Positions 1 to 14,379 of a stretch of DNA of 64,000 nt are shown here, one piece after another (positions within the stretch are counted from its first letter, which is position 1; every line of letters begins with the position of its first letter). Both the position numbers and the translations under genes were made by a program. Under the pieces are notes generated by a model. That model was not told where the DNA came from. It made no database searches and was given only the letters and a program-made list of their open reading frames with translations. Source of the DNA: Iphione sp. A-MEVVRFRX5 (Eukaryota); NCBI GenBank assembly GCA_976226885.1, contig OZ320321.1, positions 4,154,001 through 4,218,000 on the forward strand. Reading direction: 5' to 3'.

Positions 1-1149
1 CTTTAAGGTAAATCAACTTGTATTAATCAATCACAATATAGTTTTTCCTCACCTATTATCAGATCATGTCTGCAATAGTGATGTACTGCTTTTGGTTTTA
101 GAATGCAACAACACCTCCCACCATAATTTGGTTAATTCAGTGAGTGAAAACACATCAATACTTGTTCAAGGTGCATCAGTACATTGGGCCAGGCTTTCCT
201 ACACTTGGTGGACAACTATAATGATGAAGAAACTGCCACATTGACTGATAGATTGTCGGAGGAAATTGACCATTGTAGACCTATTTTTGTATATTTTGTT
301 ATGAATGTAAGACTGACCAATTTGCATAGATTCCATATTACTACAAAATAATCTGAAAAATACCCTTTAATCATGATATGTATACAAATCATTGCAATTC
401 ACATGGATGTAGGATGTTGTTGGCCTTCTTGTAGGATATGAAATGTCATCAGCATATGTAGACGTCATAGGTTTTGTCTTAGGTGCAGGTCCACTGAATT
501 TTGATGAAATGCTTGATAATGAAGAAAACCTCAACACTACTCTGGTCTGTGTCACAGATGATCATCCATTCTTGATATTTTGTTTTTTGTTTGTTAATCG
601 TTTGTTGTCTGAATAAACATCATCATTGGGTTGATAGTACTAGAGACATTTCCTGTGTGTAATTGAATTTTTGAAAGATGCTTATTAAATTACATATATA
701 TAAATGAGACCATTCAAGATCTACGACAGGCTAGTATATTGGTTTCCAGCTTTCCTGAAGTGTGAATGACTAGGCACATGGATGTATAATTTCTCATTGG
801 TGTTTGCAAGTGTAAATGGGTTTTTGTACATTATCCTTTGAATGTTATAGATAATAATTCTTATAAATACCTTGTCAATAGACCTTAATCATAAAAAATA
901 CCCTTTGATTAAAGTTCTCTTGTAAGCTTTTCAAGCACCCTATACGCAAGAGTGCAAGGCGGGTTCCTTAGATGAACTTGAAGTCTTCTGGGATGATCAT
1001 CATGTGTATTGAAGAAATGAGGTCATCTTCTTCTGTTGAGTCCATGTTAGAGTGTGCATGTGTGCTCGGTTCAGCCGGTGTGCTGAAGAAGACTCTTAGA
1101 ACCTTCTTTTTTAACTTAGGCTAATCTGACTATCTTACCTGAATTCCTG

Positions 1150-1175
1150 ATATATATATATATATATATATATAT
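1150..1175. repeat. (TA)n microsatellite; shorter paralogous copy at 4458-4473
   Basis: Direct reading; length differs between the two duplicated copies. Confidence 0.95.
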
Positions 1176-3104
1176 GAGACAAATTAAGATCTACTGTAGT
1201 CCAGTACATTGGTTCCCTGCTTTCCTGAGGAGTGAAAGGCTAGGCACATGGACGTAAAATTTCTCATTGGTGTTTGCAAATGTAAATGGGTTTTTGTGCA
1301 TTATCCTTTTAATTTTTGAGAGAATAATTCTTATAAATGCCTTGTCAATAGACCTTAATTATAAAAATACCCTTTAATCAAAGTTCTCTTTTCAGCTTTT
1401 CAAGCACCCTATATGCAAGGGTACAAGGTGGGCTCCTTAGATGACCTTAAAGTCTTCTGGGATGATCATGTGTGTTCAGGAAATGAGGTCATCTTCTTCT
1501 GTTGAGTCCTTGTTGGAGTGTGCATGTGTGCTTGGTTGGGCCAGTGTGCTGAAGAAGACTCCTAGAACCTTCTATTTCAACTTAGCCTACTCTGACCATC
1601 TTACCTGAATTGCTGAAGTTGGCAGTTTGTCTGAGGTGAATAGTAATTCTAATTTTTTGTGTGTGTAAATTCTCTTTTCAATGCATGAAAGATTAGTCTT
1701 TATAGATTCCTTGTCAACTAAGACTTTATTCTAAAAATACCATTTGATTAGATCACTTATAATGAAAAATGTAAATGGCACAGATGTGGATCTGTAGTAG
1801 GTCTCCTGCTCTGTTTAAAGAGCTAAGCCCATCTCCGGTTTAGCACACCGGTGCCTATGTTAAAAACATACATACTATATCCAACAGAAACCAATCAATA
1901 TGTTCAGAATTTGTGTTAGTACATTGTGTCTAAGCTTCCCTGAAGTGTGAAGAAGTATAAGGATGAAATGTGACATTTAGATTGGTGGATAGTCTGAGAT
2001 GATTGACCATGGTGATTTTGTTTTTGTACATTGTGTTTTAATTACTTGAGAGAGAACTTATTTTCAATTCCTTCTCAATTATACATGAAGCTGACATATA
2101 CCTTTTAATCAAAGTACATAATGTAAATGAACATAATTGACATAGATTTGAAACTGTGCTAGGTCCTTTTGCAGAATTGAAAAGTCCATTACCACTTGCA
2201 GATGTTGCAGGTCTTGTTTCAGCATCACCAGGTCCATTGAATATGAGGATATGTTATGATGATCGGACGAGTAGAGACATTTGTTAGGACTCTATTGTGG
2301 GTGATTATTCAATATAAATTTCCAGCATTCTAGAAGTATTGGCTAATTTTTCATAACTTACAAATAGCACCCAAAAGTACTGTGAAAATATATATAGAAT
2401 TCCATTTGAAAGTATTACAACAGTAAAGTCAGAGAATGACCTAGGTTAACTGGTTTTGGTACAAGCCTGTCAATTCTTGTTCAAATTGGTATAAATATGT
2501 CAGGTCTAAGCTTTCCTCCAATATACCTTATACAAGGGCTGGCATTTTGCCAGAAGTGATTGAACAGAATAGAGATTGCCTTTGTACATATTGTTTTAAA
2601 TGGGATAAAGACTAATTCTCATTGAATCCTCATCAAGTATACATTAATATCACAAATACTGTTACTGTGAAACACTATGATGATCAGAGAAATTGCCACA
2701 TGGATTGATATTTTCAACAGGTGATAATCAATTGTTGATTTTGTATGTGTTGATTGTCTTACAATGATTGCTTAAGCATCAAATTTTTCTTTTCACTAAC
2801 TAGAAATATTAATGCACATTAGTTTTCTCATTGATAGTAAGAAAATAATGTATTCAAAAAGTATATTTCAAAAGCACTGCTAATGATATGAGACCATCCA
2901 ATATTATCTCAAATAAAGTGGTGATGTGGATCGTTGCATTCCAATTGCAGGTAGTTGGTGTGAATTTTAATATTTCTACTGGATGTGGAGTGTTTGTAAA
3001 ATTCATATAACATCCCCTGCTCAAAGTCATCACATAAATTAACATTATAGAAGTACATATAAGCGTCAAATATGAAATATATGCCTGAACTTACCTTAGT
3101 ATGT

Positions 3105-3329
3105 CCAAGTGTTAATTTCCTTTGGGATAACCCAAGTGTTATTTTCCAGTAGGTTAATCCAAGTGTTAATATCCTTCAGGCATCATCCAAGTGTTACTTT
3201 CTTTTGGGGTAAATCCAAGTGTTAACATCCAATTGAGATAATCCAAGTGTTAATATCCAATTGAGATAATCCAAGTGTTAATTTCCTTTAGGGATAATCC
3301 AAGTGTCAATATCCTTTAAGGTAAATCAA
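3105..3329. repeat. Minisatellite, ~28-bp unit (ccaagtgttaatatccaattgagataat-like), about 8 copies
   Basis: CCAAGTGT recurs every 27-28 bp and the intervening bases are homologous. Confidence 0.9.
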
Positions 3330-6300
3330 CTTGTATTAATCAATCACAATATAGTTTTTCCTCACCTATTATCAGATTATGTCTGCAATAGTGATGTACT
3401 GCTTTTGGTTTTAGAATGCAACAACACCTCTCACCATAATTTGGTTAATTCAGTGAGTGAAAACACATCAATACTTGTTCAAGGTGCATCAGAACATTGG
3501 GCCAGGCTTTCCTACACTTGGTGGACAACTATAATGATGAAGAAACTGCCACATCGACTGATAGATTGTCAGAGGAAATTGACCATTGTAGACCTATTTT
3601 TGTATATTTTGTTATGAATGTAAGACTGACCAATTTGCATAGATTCCATATTACTACAAAATAATCTGAAAAATACCCTTTAATCATGATACATATACAA
3701 ATCATTGCAATTCACATGGATGTAGGATGTTGTTGGTCTTCTTGTAGAATATGAAATGTCATCAGCATATGTAGACGTCTTAGGTTTTGTCTTAGGTGCA
3801 GGTCCACTGACGTTTGATGAAATGCTTGATAATGAAGGAAACCTCAACACTACTCTGGTCTGTGTCACAGATGATCATCCATTCTTGATATTTTGTTTGT
3901 TGTTTGTTAATCGTTTGTTGTCTGAATAAACATCATCATTGGGTTGATAGTACTGGAGACATTTCCTGTATGTAATTGATTTTTTGAAGGATGCTTATTA
4001 AATTACATATATATAAATGAGACCATTTAAGATCTACAACAGGCAAGTACATTGGTTTCCCGCTTTCCTGAAGTGTGAATGACTAGGCACATGGATGTAT
4101 AATTTCTCATTGGTGTTTGCAAGTGTAAATGGGTTTTTGTACATTATCCTTTGAATGTTATGGATAATAATTCTTATAAATACCTTGTCAGTAGACCTTA
4201 ATCATAAAATTCCCTTTAATTAAAGTTCTCTTTTCAGCTTTTCAAGCACCCTATACGCAAGAGTGCAAGGCGAGTTCCTTAGATGACCTTGAAGTCTTCT
4301 GGGATGATCATGTGTGTTCAGGAAATGAGGTCTTCTTCTTCTGTTGAGTCCATGTTAGAGTGTGCATGTGTGCTTGGTTCAGCCGGTGTGCTAAAGAAGA
4401 CTCTTAGAACCTTCTTTTTTAACTTAGGCTACTCTGACTATCTTACCTGAATTCCTGATATATATATATATATGAGACAAATCAAGATCTACTGCAGTCC
4501 AGTACATTGGTTCCCTGCTTTCCTGAGGAGTGAAAGGCTAGGCACATGGACGTAAAATTTCTCATTGGTGTTTGCAAATGTAAATTGCTTTTTGTGCATG
4601 ATCCTTTGAATTTTTGAGAGAATAATTCTTATAAATACCTTGCCAATAGACCTTAATCATAAAAATACCCTTTAATCAAAGTTCTCTTTTCAGCTTTTCA
4701 AGAAACCTATATGCAAGAGTGCAAGGCGGGCTCCTTAGATGACCTTGAAGTCTTCTGGGATGATCATGTGTGTTCAGGAAATGAGGTCTTCTTCTTCTGT
4801 TGAGTCCCTGTTGGAGTGTGCATGTGTGCTTGGTTGGGCCAGTGTGCTGAAGAAGACTCCTAGAACCTTCTATTTCAACTTAGGCTACTCTGACCATCTT
4901 ACCTGAATTGCTGAAGTTGGCAGTTTGTCTGAGGTGAATAGTAATTTTAGGTTTTTTTGTGTGTAAATTCTCTTTTCAATGCATGAAAGATTAGTCTTAA
5001 TAGATTCCTTGTCAACTAAAAATTTATTTTAAAAATACCATTTGATTAGATCACTTATAATGAAAAATGTAAATGGCACAGATATGGAGCTGCAGTAGGT
5101 CTCCTGCTCTGTTTAAAGAGCTAAGTCCATCTCCGGTTTAGCACAACAGTGGCTATGTTCAAAACATACATACTATATCCAATAGAAATCATTCAATATG
5201 TTCAGAATTTGTGTTAGTACATTGTGTCTAAGCTTCCCTGAAGTGTCAAGAAGTATAAGGATGAAATGTAACATTTAGATTGGTGGATTGTCTGAGATGA
5301 TTGACTATGGTGATTTTGTTTTTGTACATTGTGTTTTAATTGCTTGAGAGAGAACTTATTGTCAATTCCTTCTCAATTATACAATAAGCTGACATATACC
5401 TTTTAATCAAAGTACATAATGTAAATGAACATAATTGACATAGATTTGAAACTATGCTAGGTCCAATTACTGAATTGAAAAGTCCATTACCACGTGTAAA
5501 TGTTGCAGGTCTTGTTTCAGCATCAGCAGGTCCTTTAAATATGATGATATGTTATGATGATTCGACAAGTAAAGACATTCGTTGGGACTCTATTGTGGGT
5601 AATTACAGAAAGCACAATTGTTCTTAGGCGAAGTCCATCCATGCACAAATGCAATCCTTTATGTAACATATCCTATGCAAGAGGCATAGATAAACCAGAC
5701 TCAGCAAAGCATGGTTTACATATCTCCTTTTTTATCTCTAAGTGCTCCTTAGTTTGATATTATATACATTTGTGATGTTAAACAAAATCCTCATTTAACT
5801 TTACATTTGCATATAAAAGTTTTGAATCTCAAGCAAAAGTCTACTAAAAGGATGTACAATATGTTTGGATGCTAGTTTTTCCTATCATTTGAATATGTCT
5901 GCAATAGGGATGCCCTTCTGAGGGTTTAGAATGCAACAAACCTTCCCACCATCATCGGGTTATTGAAGCCAGTGAAAACACATAAATACTTGTTGAAGTA
6001 GCATTAATACATTTAACCACACTTTCCTGTAGTGTGTGGATAAATATGATTGTGAAGATTCTTGAATATGAACTGACATTTTGTCAGAGGTTATTGACCA
6101 TTTAGATTTTGTTTTTGAACATTGAGCTTTGAATGAACAACTCATTTGCATCGATACCTTCCCAATACACATTCATATAACAAATATAACTGTTACTGAT
6201 AATACATATATGAACCAATGTAATTGGCATGGATTAAGGCTGTTCTAGGTCTTCTTGCAGGATTCGAAATTTCATAAGCATTGACTGATATCTAGGCTAT

Positions 6301-6370
6301 AGGCCTTGCATCAGGTGCAGATCCACTAAAGTAGAATGAAATGCTTTGATAATGAAGGAAATCTCAACAA

Positions 6371-6635
6371 TTTTTTGACTAGTTACCACATACCATATAA
6401 GGTAATTTCTTTGACCTTTGACACAGTTTCATCAATTAACCTTTGACCTTTGACCTTTATTCTGTCCAGAAATTGGTACCTCAGTATCACATTGTCACAG
6501 TTAATCATTAATGCTCCTGAAGAAGGGCCACCATAGGCCACAAAACGTTGAGCTTGTATATAAAAAAGGAATAAAGCCTACACAATCCTGAAGGAATCTG
6601 GCATTGGGTTTTGATTGACTCCTCACAGTAGAATA
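6371..6635 (+). repeat. 5' pseudo-LTR of PLE, containing 68-nt GT-AG intron (6402-6469)
   Basis: Near-identical to 15613-15878; AAG|GTAATT...TTATTCTGTCCAG|. Confidence 0.88.
6513..6553 (+). ncRNA. Hammerhead ribozyme, 5' pLTR copy, core mutated (GAAA to AAAA)
   Basis: Same as the 3' copy but reads ccacaaaacg instead of ccatgaaacg. Confidence 0.65.
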
Positions 6636-7000
6636 ATTTTTCTATCACATCATAGCATCCCTCCATAGGATCCCCATACCAGATTCCACTATCCCACCAT
6701 AGGTATCGTTGAGTCCACCGTATCACACCAGCCACACGGCATATACAGACTCACGCATCTCCAATAAGATCTGATACCCTCTAGGTTATTATTAACCAAC
6801 CCTGGGATCCAAACACGAACCAAGAACCCAAGGCACAACAAGAACAACCCACCACATCGGGTAACGACTGAACAACTGACACCCACCAGACACAAATAAG
6901 AATCCCTGATGAAGCTGTTCCATACTTTAAAATCTGCAGGAAAACGGCACTCAATCCCAGCAAGGCTGAACACAATCACCAATATCTACTCACCTGCTTA

Positions 7001-9176
7001 GTGAACAAGACAACCCCAAAGGGGTTACAAACTAGGGTCCTGGCTCAGATACCAGACCCCTCACCAGAATTCATGATCAAATGGGAACAGGCACACCTAA
7101 GATTCAGCAGGGAACTCACAGGTCTCCTTGCTGAATATTATGAAGAACAAGTGAAACATCTAAACATACTACTTGACCAGCTCAGAAACAACCTGCGACA
7201 AATATGCAGCCCCCAGGAACAAGAACTGATCTCCTCGATAATCACCAGACTAGAAGAGGCACAACAATCCAACCTACTGAACCGAAGAACACGAAAAATA
7301 GATGGTTCAGGAAATACAGCACAAGGAACAGACCCCAAACAGTCTACAACCTCTCCAGATACCAACCCAGCACAACAGAACTAGAAGTCCTGGACCTGGG
7401 ACTCAACTTTGTCCCTACTCCAGGCAAACCAAGCCACATACATACAGAGACACACTATTATTCACCCACAGAATCAAACTCAAACACTTCTTCCAACACC
7501 AAGAAAGCAACCAAACCCCTCCCCTAATCCCTCAAGAGAAAACTGGATGGACCCCACCATCCAACCTATGTGAATACATAGACACCAGCACCAACTATAT
7601 AATTAGACAAATGCTGCCCAAAATATCACAAGTACAGCTCTAACCTAACTATCAACCAAACAGAAGCCATAAAAAATCTGGTAGATAACAGAGACATAAT
7701 AGTGAAACCTGCCAACAAGGGTGGTGCCATAGTAATACTCAACACTGAGGACTACATCACGGAAGCAAACAGACAACTATCAAACACTCAACACTACACC
7801 ACGACAACACATGACACCACATCATCAAGAGCAGACAACATAAAGAGGAGTCTCCTCAAAATGGAAGAGAAGGGCAAAATCCCCTGCGGATCACACAAAC
7901 AATTACTCCCAAAGAATATCAGGACTTCACCCTTCTACCTACTCCCCAAAATCCACAAAGCCAACACACCTGGCAGACCTATAGTGTCTGGCATAGACTC
8001 ACCCACAGATATACTATCACCCACCATAGATCGAGTACTCAAACCCTTGGTCCCACAGATCCCATCACACATTAAAGACACCAAACACTTCATCAACATC
8101 GTTAACCAAATCGGCAACCTACACGAGGATGAATTCCTGGTAACAATCGATGTAACAGCACTGTACACATAAATTCCACATGACGAGGGTATTGAAGCCG
8201 TCAAATTGGCGCTGACCTCCACTCTGTCACCACACCTACATGCGAATACAGCCGCTGAAATCGTTAAAATCATCTTATCAAACAACACCTTCACCTTCAA
8301 TAATGAATACTATCACCAAAGACAAGGAACAGCCATGGGGACAAAAATGGCTCCAAACTATGCTAACATATACATGGGGTCTCTTGAAACAGCTCTACTC
8401 AAAGAAATGAACATCCAACCAACAACCTGGAAACGTTACATTGATGATATATTTGCAATATTTTGATGCAGTGAGGATGAACTACTGGACGAAATGGGGA
8501 TACTCAATAATGCACATCACACAATCAAGTTCACCTACGATTACAGCAGAACTGAAATCAATTTCCTAGACACGACCGCATACAAAGATGACACAGGGAA
8601 ACTGCAAACTAAACTATACAGAAAAAAGACAGACACATACTCATACTTACACTACACATCACATCATCCACGACACCTAAAAGATGCAATAGCCTACAGT
8701 CAAGCAATCAGGATAAGGACCATCTGCAGCATACAATCAGACTTTGAACTAGAAGCAAAAAACCTCCTGAAATACCTGACACTCTGGGGCCACATTCATA
8801 CCAGGGTCAAAGCTGCAATAGACAAAGTGAGGATCATGAACAGAGATGAGTTGCTCAGAATGAAGAAACCGACACCAAAGAAAATGATCCCATTTGTAGT
8901 TGAATTCAACCCCTACCACAATATGACACACAAAATCATTCAACAGGCCCTAAACATGATCCCAACCGATTCCACTAACACTAAATTCAGAGAACACAAG
9001 TGGATCATCACCCACAGAAGAACACAAAACCTGAGGGAAATCCTAACAACATCACAATTCCCTAGGCCCCTCCTGAGTAGAGGGAGCAAACCGTGTAATA
9101 AATTGAGTTGTAAACACTGTGAACAAGTAACCACCACTAACACCATCACTTCCACTACCACTAATCGTACTTTTAA
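7001..9176 (+). pseudogene. PLE polyprotein, N-terminal domain + reverse transcriptase + Cys linker (stops/frameshifts)
   Basis: ORF pieces 7001..7384, 7302..7643, 7702..8172, 8206..8466, 8494..9216. In-frame stops at LYT*IPH and IF*CSE. KPCNKLSCKHC linker lies just before the piggyBac insertion. Confidence 0.9.
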
Positions 9177-9384
9177 CCCTATAAGGACCGTACATAGAGA
9201 TTTCGTTCATATTTGAACGATGGGTTTTCTATGATTTTCTTTTAGTCATTAAAGTGATGTACCGATTATGTTCAATAAAAGTGATATATGAGTAATGAGA
9301 AATGTTGATTTATATTATTTGTTCCATTATGACGTATTAGAATGTGTTCCAAAGCGATCGAATGTTACCATCTCGTAACACATT

Positions 9385-12268
9385 ATGGAGGGACCCATGC
9401 AAACTGCTGCTGAGGCAGTTAAAGAGCTTTTAGAGGAAGACAATGATGAAGAATCATTTGAAAAGGAAAGCAATACAGGAATGTCAAGTGGAGAAGAAGA
9501 TGAGATTGATGATAAGATCAATTGTTGTGAAGAAAGTGCCCAAGAGCAGGATACTGAGGTTGATCAGATTTTTCCTGGCGCAGCTGGTGATGGTTCTGAC
9601 AATGACAGGTAAGCCGATTACACCTTTTTAATTTATTTATGTTATTCAAGTGGTATTAATTGACCCTATGCCTTTTATTTACGATATCAGAAGTATGTAA
9701 TATGGAAAAAAAAGGGTTATATTCACGTCTTTGTAGATGGAAAATACAGACTCTGGTCTGACCCGCCTGGGAATCGAACCCCGGCCCCTCGCATAAAAAG
9801 TAGACATGCTAACCACTGAACCACCAAACCTCTGTTAACAGGGATGGGACTATCATGTGTATATATTGTTTCGTTTTAGGGCATCTTCTTATGCTGACAA
9901 GGATACACGTCCTATACTGCCCCCATATCGGCCAAAGAGACCATCTGGTCCACAGATTGGGGACATGATCACCAGAATAGGAATGAGGTCCTTCACTAGA
10001 GCTATTGACTTTTTCAGTCTCTTCGTGACACACGAGATCCTGCAGGTAATAGATGTTTTTTTTTCTTTTCTCATAAGGAAATAAGTGTAATCTGGACCAG
10101 CGTAGAGAAACTGAAATTCCCAGTATAATAGCATTCTTCCCAGAGATGAGTTCATCACCCTTTCCCGTGTATATCGCTAGGCTATATGCATCCATTGTGA
10201 ATAGTTAAAAAAATGATGGTTATTTATGCATTGCAGCTAATTTGTGCCAACACTAACCTGTATGGCTGGAAGACCATTCTCAACAAACCAACCTATGCTA
10301 CCCCCAGTGGCGGCTGGGATGAGGTTACTACGGAGGAAATGAAATGGTATCTTGGCTTGATAATATTGATGGGATTCATCAGACTGCCCGATATATCCAG
10401 ATATTGGTCCACTGCAAGTCTATATAGAGGTGGATGGTCATGTCGTTTCCTCTCCAGGACAAGGTACGTGATTGATAAAGATTGGCCTCATATGATGTAA
10501 ATGATTGTACATTGTGTGGAATACATTGTATGTTATTCTTGATAGACCTATTTCATATGACTAAGGGTTTGTTGCAATGTAAAATTTTGAATAGTTGTGT
10601 TTGTATTCCAGATTCAAAGCCATTGGTAGTATGCTGCATCTGTGTGATCCATCTGCTGAGGATCCCAAAGATAAACTTACCAAGATAAGGCCTTTTCTGG
10701 ATCACATGCAAACAACATGCTCTTCCCTTTATCAACCGAAGCAGAACCTAAGCATCGATGAGCGCATGGTCAAATCCAAAGGCAGATCAGGCATAAAACA
10801 ATTCATGCCATCCAAACCTGTTCGGTTTGGTTTCAAGGTGTGGTGTCTCTGCGACTCGAGGACAGGGTACACTGTAAATTTCAAGTGAGTAATAAATAAT
10901 TGGTTTGGCCTAATTTGTCATTAGTCGTATGGAGATATCTTTTTGCTATATTTCCATTGCATTACAAAGAGAAGATTGAGGTTGACCATTAAATATTTTT
11001 TTTTCTTATTGCAAGTGTTTATATTGGACGGCGTGCAACACCTTCAAAAAATGGTCTTGGGTTCGACGTGGTTACAGGTCTTGCCAGGGATTACCTTAAT
11101 CAAGGTTACCATATATTTTTCGACAATTTCTTTACTTCGATTGCACTGGTTGAACATCTTTGGTTGAACAAGACACCTGCCTGTGGAACATCTGTAACAA
11201 CGAGGCGTCGTTTCCCCAAAGTAATCATCTTTACTCTCATGAGCAATTCCAAATGACCTACTCACAATAGCACTTCAGCATATCTTATATCATACATTTC
11301 ATGGGAGCAATTCCTTCCGTACTGGTAGTAATTAATATTTTCTAATATTTTATTCTACTTATGATAGTCACTAGGCAGTATTAACGTACTAGTTCAGTTT
11401 CTCCATTTTTTGGGTCGTTTCAGATGCTGCGTGACAAGACCTGGACAAAAAAGGCTCAAAGGGGAGACTACCGATATGTTCGAGACGGACCTATTCTCTG
11501 TCAACAATGGAAGGACAGTTGCCCAGTTTGTGTTGTTAGTACAATGCATGCAGGGCATGAATTTGTCATGGTGAGAAGGCATCAGAAGTTGAAGGATGGA
11601 AGCCACAGGCCGATTATGATCAGGAAACCATTTGCCATCCATGAGTACAACCAATTCATGGGTGGCGTGGACCTTGCTGATCAGTTCTTGGAACGATATA
11701 GCATTCTCCACAAGTGCAGGAAATGGTGGAAGACTCTCTTCTACCATTTGATCGATCTGGCTGTGCTCAACAGCTTCCACCTATTCAAGGAGTGGCAGCT
11801 GTTGCACCCCGAGGTTCCAGAGCTGAGGAGGCCTCCTGGTATGAATCCAAGAAGCATCTGTGATTATGCTAAAAACTTGTGGTTGCTTTTCATATGAAAG
11901 TAATGTGAGACTCATATTCTAATATCCCCCATCTATTCCTACAGGCTATTCGCACTTGGATTATCGAGAGGAATTGTGCAGGCAACTTGCTGGTATATCA
12001 GATGAGGAAATGAGCCCGAACCAACGCCAAACAAACAGGGAAAAAAGGCTACTTCGGTTTTGATGGCGTCCACAGGCCAGGCATCGTTGACCAACGTAAA
12101 AATTGTAAAGTCTGCTATTTTCAGCTTAGGAAAGAATACAAGACAAATTTGATTTGTATGGAGGATGAATGCAATGTACATCTTTGTCTAAACAAAGAAA
12201 GAAATTGCTTTGTATTGTGGCACACAGACGAATTTCAGAAACTCTACAGGGGAGCATGGAAGTACTGA
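9385..12268 (+). pseudogene. piggyBac transposase, 7 exons (9385-9608, 9880-10045, 10237-10463, 10612-10884, 11016-11220, 11424-11838, 11945-12268), one frameshift in last exon
   Basis: All six GT-AG introns join in phase. DDD triad SIDERM, FFDNFF, GGVDLAD. Cys-rich tail CKVC..CMEDECNVHLC..NC needs a +1 shift between ~12011 and 12058. Confidence 0.88.
9754..9825 (-). mobile_element. tRNA-derived SINE-like head in transposase intron 1
   Basis: Minus strand GGTGGTTCAGTGGTTAGC (A box)...GGGTTCGATTCCC (B box)...GGGTCAGACCA. An internal T5 run argues against a functional tRNA. Confidence 0.6.
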
Positions 12269-13903
12269 ACAAAGGCTACACAGGTAGGATATGAAGTACC
12301 ATTTATTCCAGGCAATTCAATGTTCACCATTCATCAATGGGAAGGATAAGTCAGCTGCGCCATGTCCTCCAGAGTAAGGTGGTAGACCTGCAAATGTAGA
12401 ACTATTTTCAGCATAATACAATATTATATGAGTATTTAAATAACAAGATGTTACTATGGGGATTATACACTGTAATGAAAAGTACATAGATATCAACTTA
12501 CGCCAGGCTTTGTTTCATACTGCCTGTCGTAGCATTTCTCTTCCTCATTAGGGAATGCTGCTCTCACGGCACACCTTACTTCCACAGGGAATGTAAATGT
12601 CTTGGTAGATTTAGGGAAATTGCCAGTAAACTGTAATACAAGGGATTAGAATTATTGATGACTGAGATGGTTCGTGTTCATATGTGTTTTACAAGGATAC
12701 GATAAAAAATGTAAAAAAAAGATGCCAAGGATTTTAATGTATAAAGAGGTACAGCATGGGCACCCACCTTTGCCGCAGCCCATAGTCTCTTGTAGACAGA
12801 TTGCTTGTTCTTACCCCGCTGTATTAGTGATATCAGACCTCTTGGTACAGCCAGGCTGATTCCATTTCCAAACGATAGAACATGTAATTAAATAAGAATA
12901 TATTGTAATTTTCAGATTTGCAGACCATAAGTTTACCTTACCTGCTATTTAATCCAATTTCATCATAGACATGATATGTTAATTTCAACAAAAGTGTATA
13001 CGGACTTCACATCTGTACGGTTCAAGGTAGAAACGTCATAGCGGCAGTATCTTCATGTTCTGCATACTCATCCAGATTTCTCAATATGTACAACATTTGT
13101 ATTTCAATTATTCACTACATGACTTCTCCAATACGTATAATCTTTACTCACCCCCTAGCTTGGAAAGAATTCACAAGCTGTTCCATATTAAAGCCTATCT
13201 TTTCGAAATTAGTCGCCCACATACGCTGTCAACTAGTCCGCGCACCTTGCAAATGCGTCTATGACATGCTTTTTACGTATCAACTCAAATCACAATTTAG
13301 AACTACTTTTACAATGTACACCTGAAATAAATCGTTTTATGTGCATTTAATTGGTTGTGAGTTGGTCATCATTATTATTTCTAAGTTTTGACGAAGTTAA
13401 ATTAAATTAGGACGTAACAATTCAAGCCATGCTAGGCCTACTTCAGATGGAGCCACTTAGCAACACAAACACGTCCAGTACATCTGCTGCCACCTGCTGT
13501 TTCACAATTTGAATTTAAACGTTCCAGTAACAAGGTAAGAGATGCATTATTTTTATATGGGACCTCACTTAATAAATAGAGCAAACTCTTCTCTACATTT
13601 GATCCGCATAGACTATTGCCCTATGAACTACCATTTTTATGGTAACAGCCATTTACTTTAAAATCAGCCAGAAAATATGACAGAAATTTAAGGAAAATCT
13701 GCACTTCACAGGGTCCGGCACATTCGAAAAACAATGGGAAATTCATTAAAATGGCATCCTTGCATTGCAAATTTCCTCTACTCAATAAATGTTTATTATT
13801 TTAGTGAATATCTGCCAATCTTATTCCTATAATTACAAATCTAGTGAACATATACGTTTCGCCCTCAGAAAGTCGCTGAAGTGCGCGGTCCTTATAGGGT
13901 TAA

Positions 13904-14222
13904 AGTACTACACAACAACTCTTGCAAGACCCAAGGAGTGGTCTATGTAATTCAATGCCCGGTCTGCCGGCAACAGTACGTCGGACAGACAGGCCGTCAA
14001 GCGGCCCAACTCATCACTGATCACAGATATGACATCAAACACCGCAACCGAACCTCACCGGTTGCAAAACACATGCTAGACCATGACGTACAACCTCATA
14101 ACTTACTTTGCACCATTGTTGAACAATCTCCAAAAGACGAGAACACACCTCTAAGGCTTGAGGAGGCCTGGATCCGAGTGCTTCACACGATGTCTCCGGC
14201 CAGCATCAACCAACAACTGTAA
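13904..14222 (+). pseudogene. PLE GIY-YIG endonuclease (continuation of RT ORF after removal of piggyBac)
   Basis: Excising 9177-13899 plus one TTAA restores TNRTF-KVLHNNSCKTQGVVYVIQCPVCRQQYVGQTGR...EEAWIRVLHT..P.SIN. Confidence 0.92.
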
Positions 14223-14379
14223 CGTCTTGACATATAAGGGTATCCCCTGTGACATAACAATCGGGAAACCGTGGATAAAGCAAACGTGTGACGTAACCTA
14301 AGAACAAAACAAAAAACATCCAGAAAGCAGTACTTCAGTACGGAATCCAGCTGCCTGAACACGCGCATACACCATCAAG

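Larger units (their letters stand above)
1..5601. repeat. Direct segmental duplication in AT-rich background (1-~2302 repeated at 3314-~5601), with older internal sub-repeats
   Basis: ctttaaggtaaatc at 1 and 3314 (offset 3313). ORFs 367..555 and 3680..3868 are near-identical. Homology ends near gactctattgtgggt (~2302/~5601). Blocks ~707-1150 and ~1175-1620 are also paralogous. Confidence 0.92.
9177..13899 (+). mobile_element. piggyBac DNA transposon
   Basis: 14-bp TIR CCCTATAAGGACCG (9177-9190) / CGGTCCTTATAGGG (13886-13899); TTAA at 9173-9176 and 13900-13903. Confidence 0.96.

Noticed and set aside
3105-3329. Regularly spaced CCAAGTGTT motif resembling a CRISPR array
   Set aside because: The 'spacers' are homologous to each other, the period is only ~28 bp, no cas genes are present and the context is eukaryotic; it is a minisatellite.
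367-3868. Short ORFs 367..555, 3303..3617 and 3680..3868 as genes
   Set aside because: They lie in duplicated background repeat with neighbouring stops; no domain recognised.
8464-8466. In-frame TGA in PLE RT as possible selenocysteine
   Set aside because: The same ORF has a TAA stop and frameshifts, and no SECIS was identified; decay is simpler.
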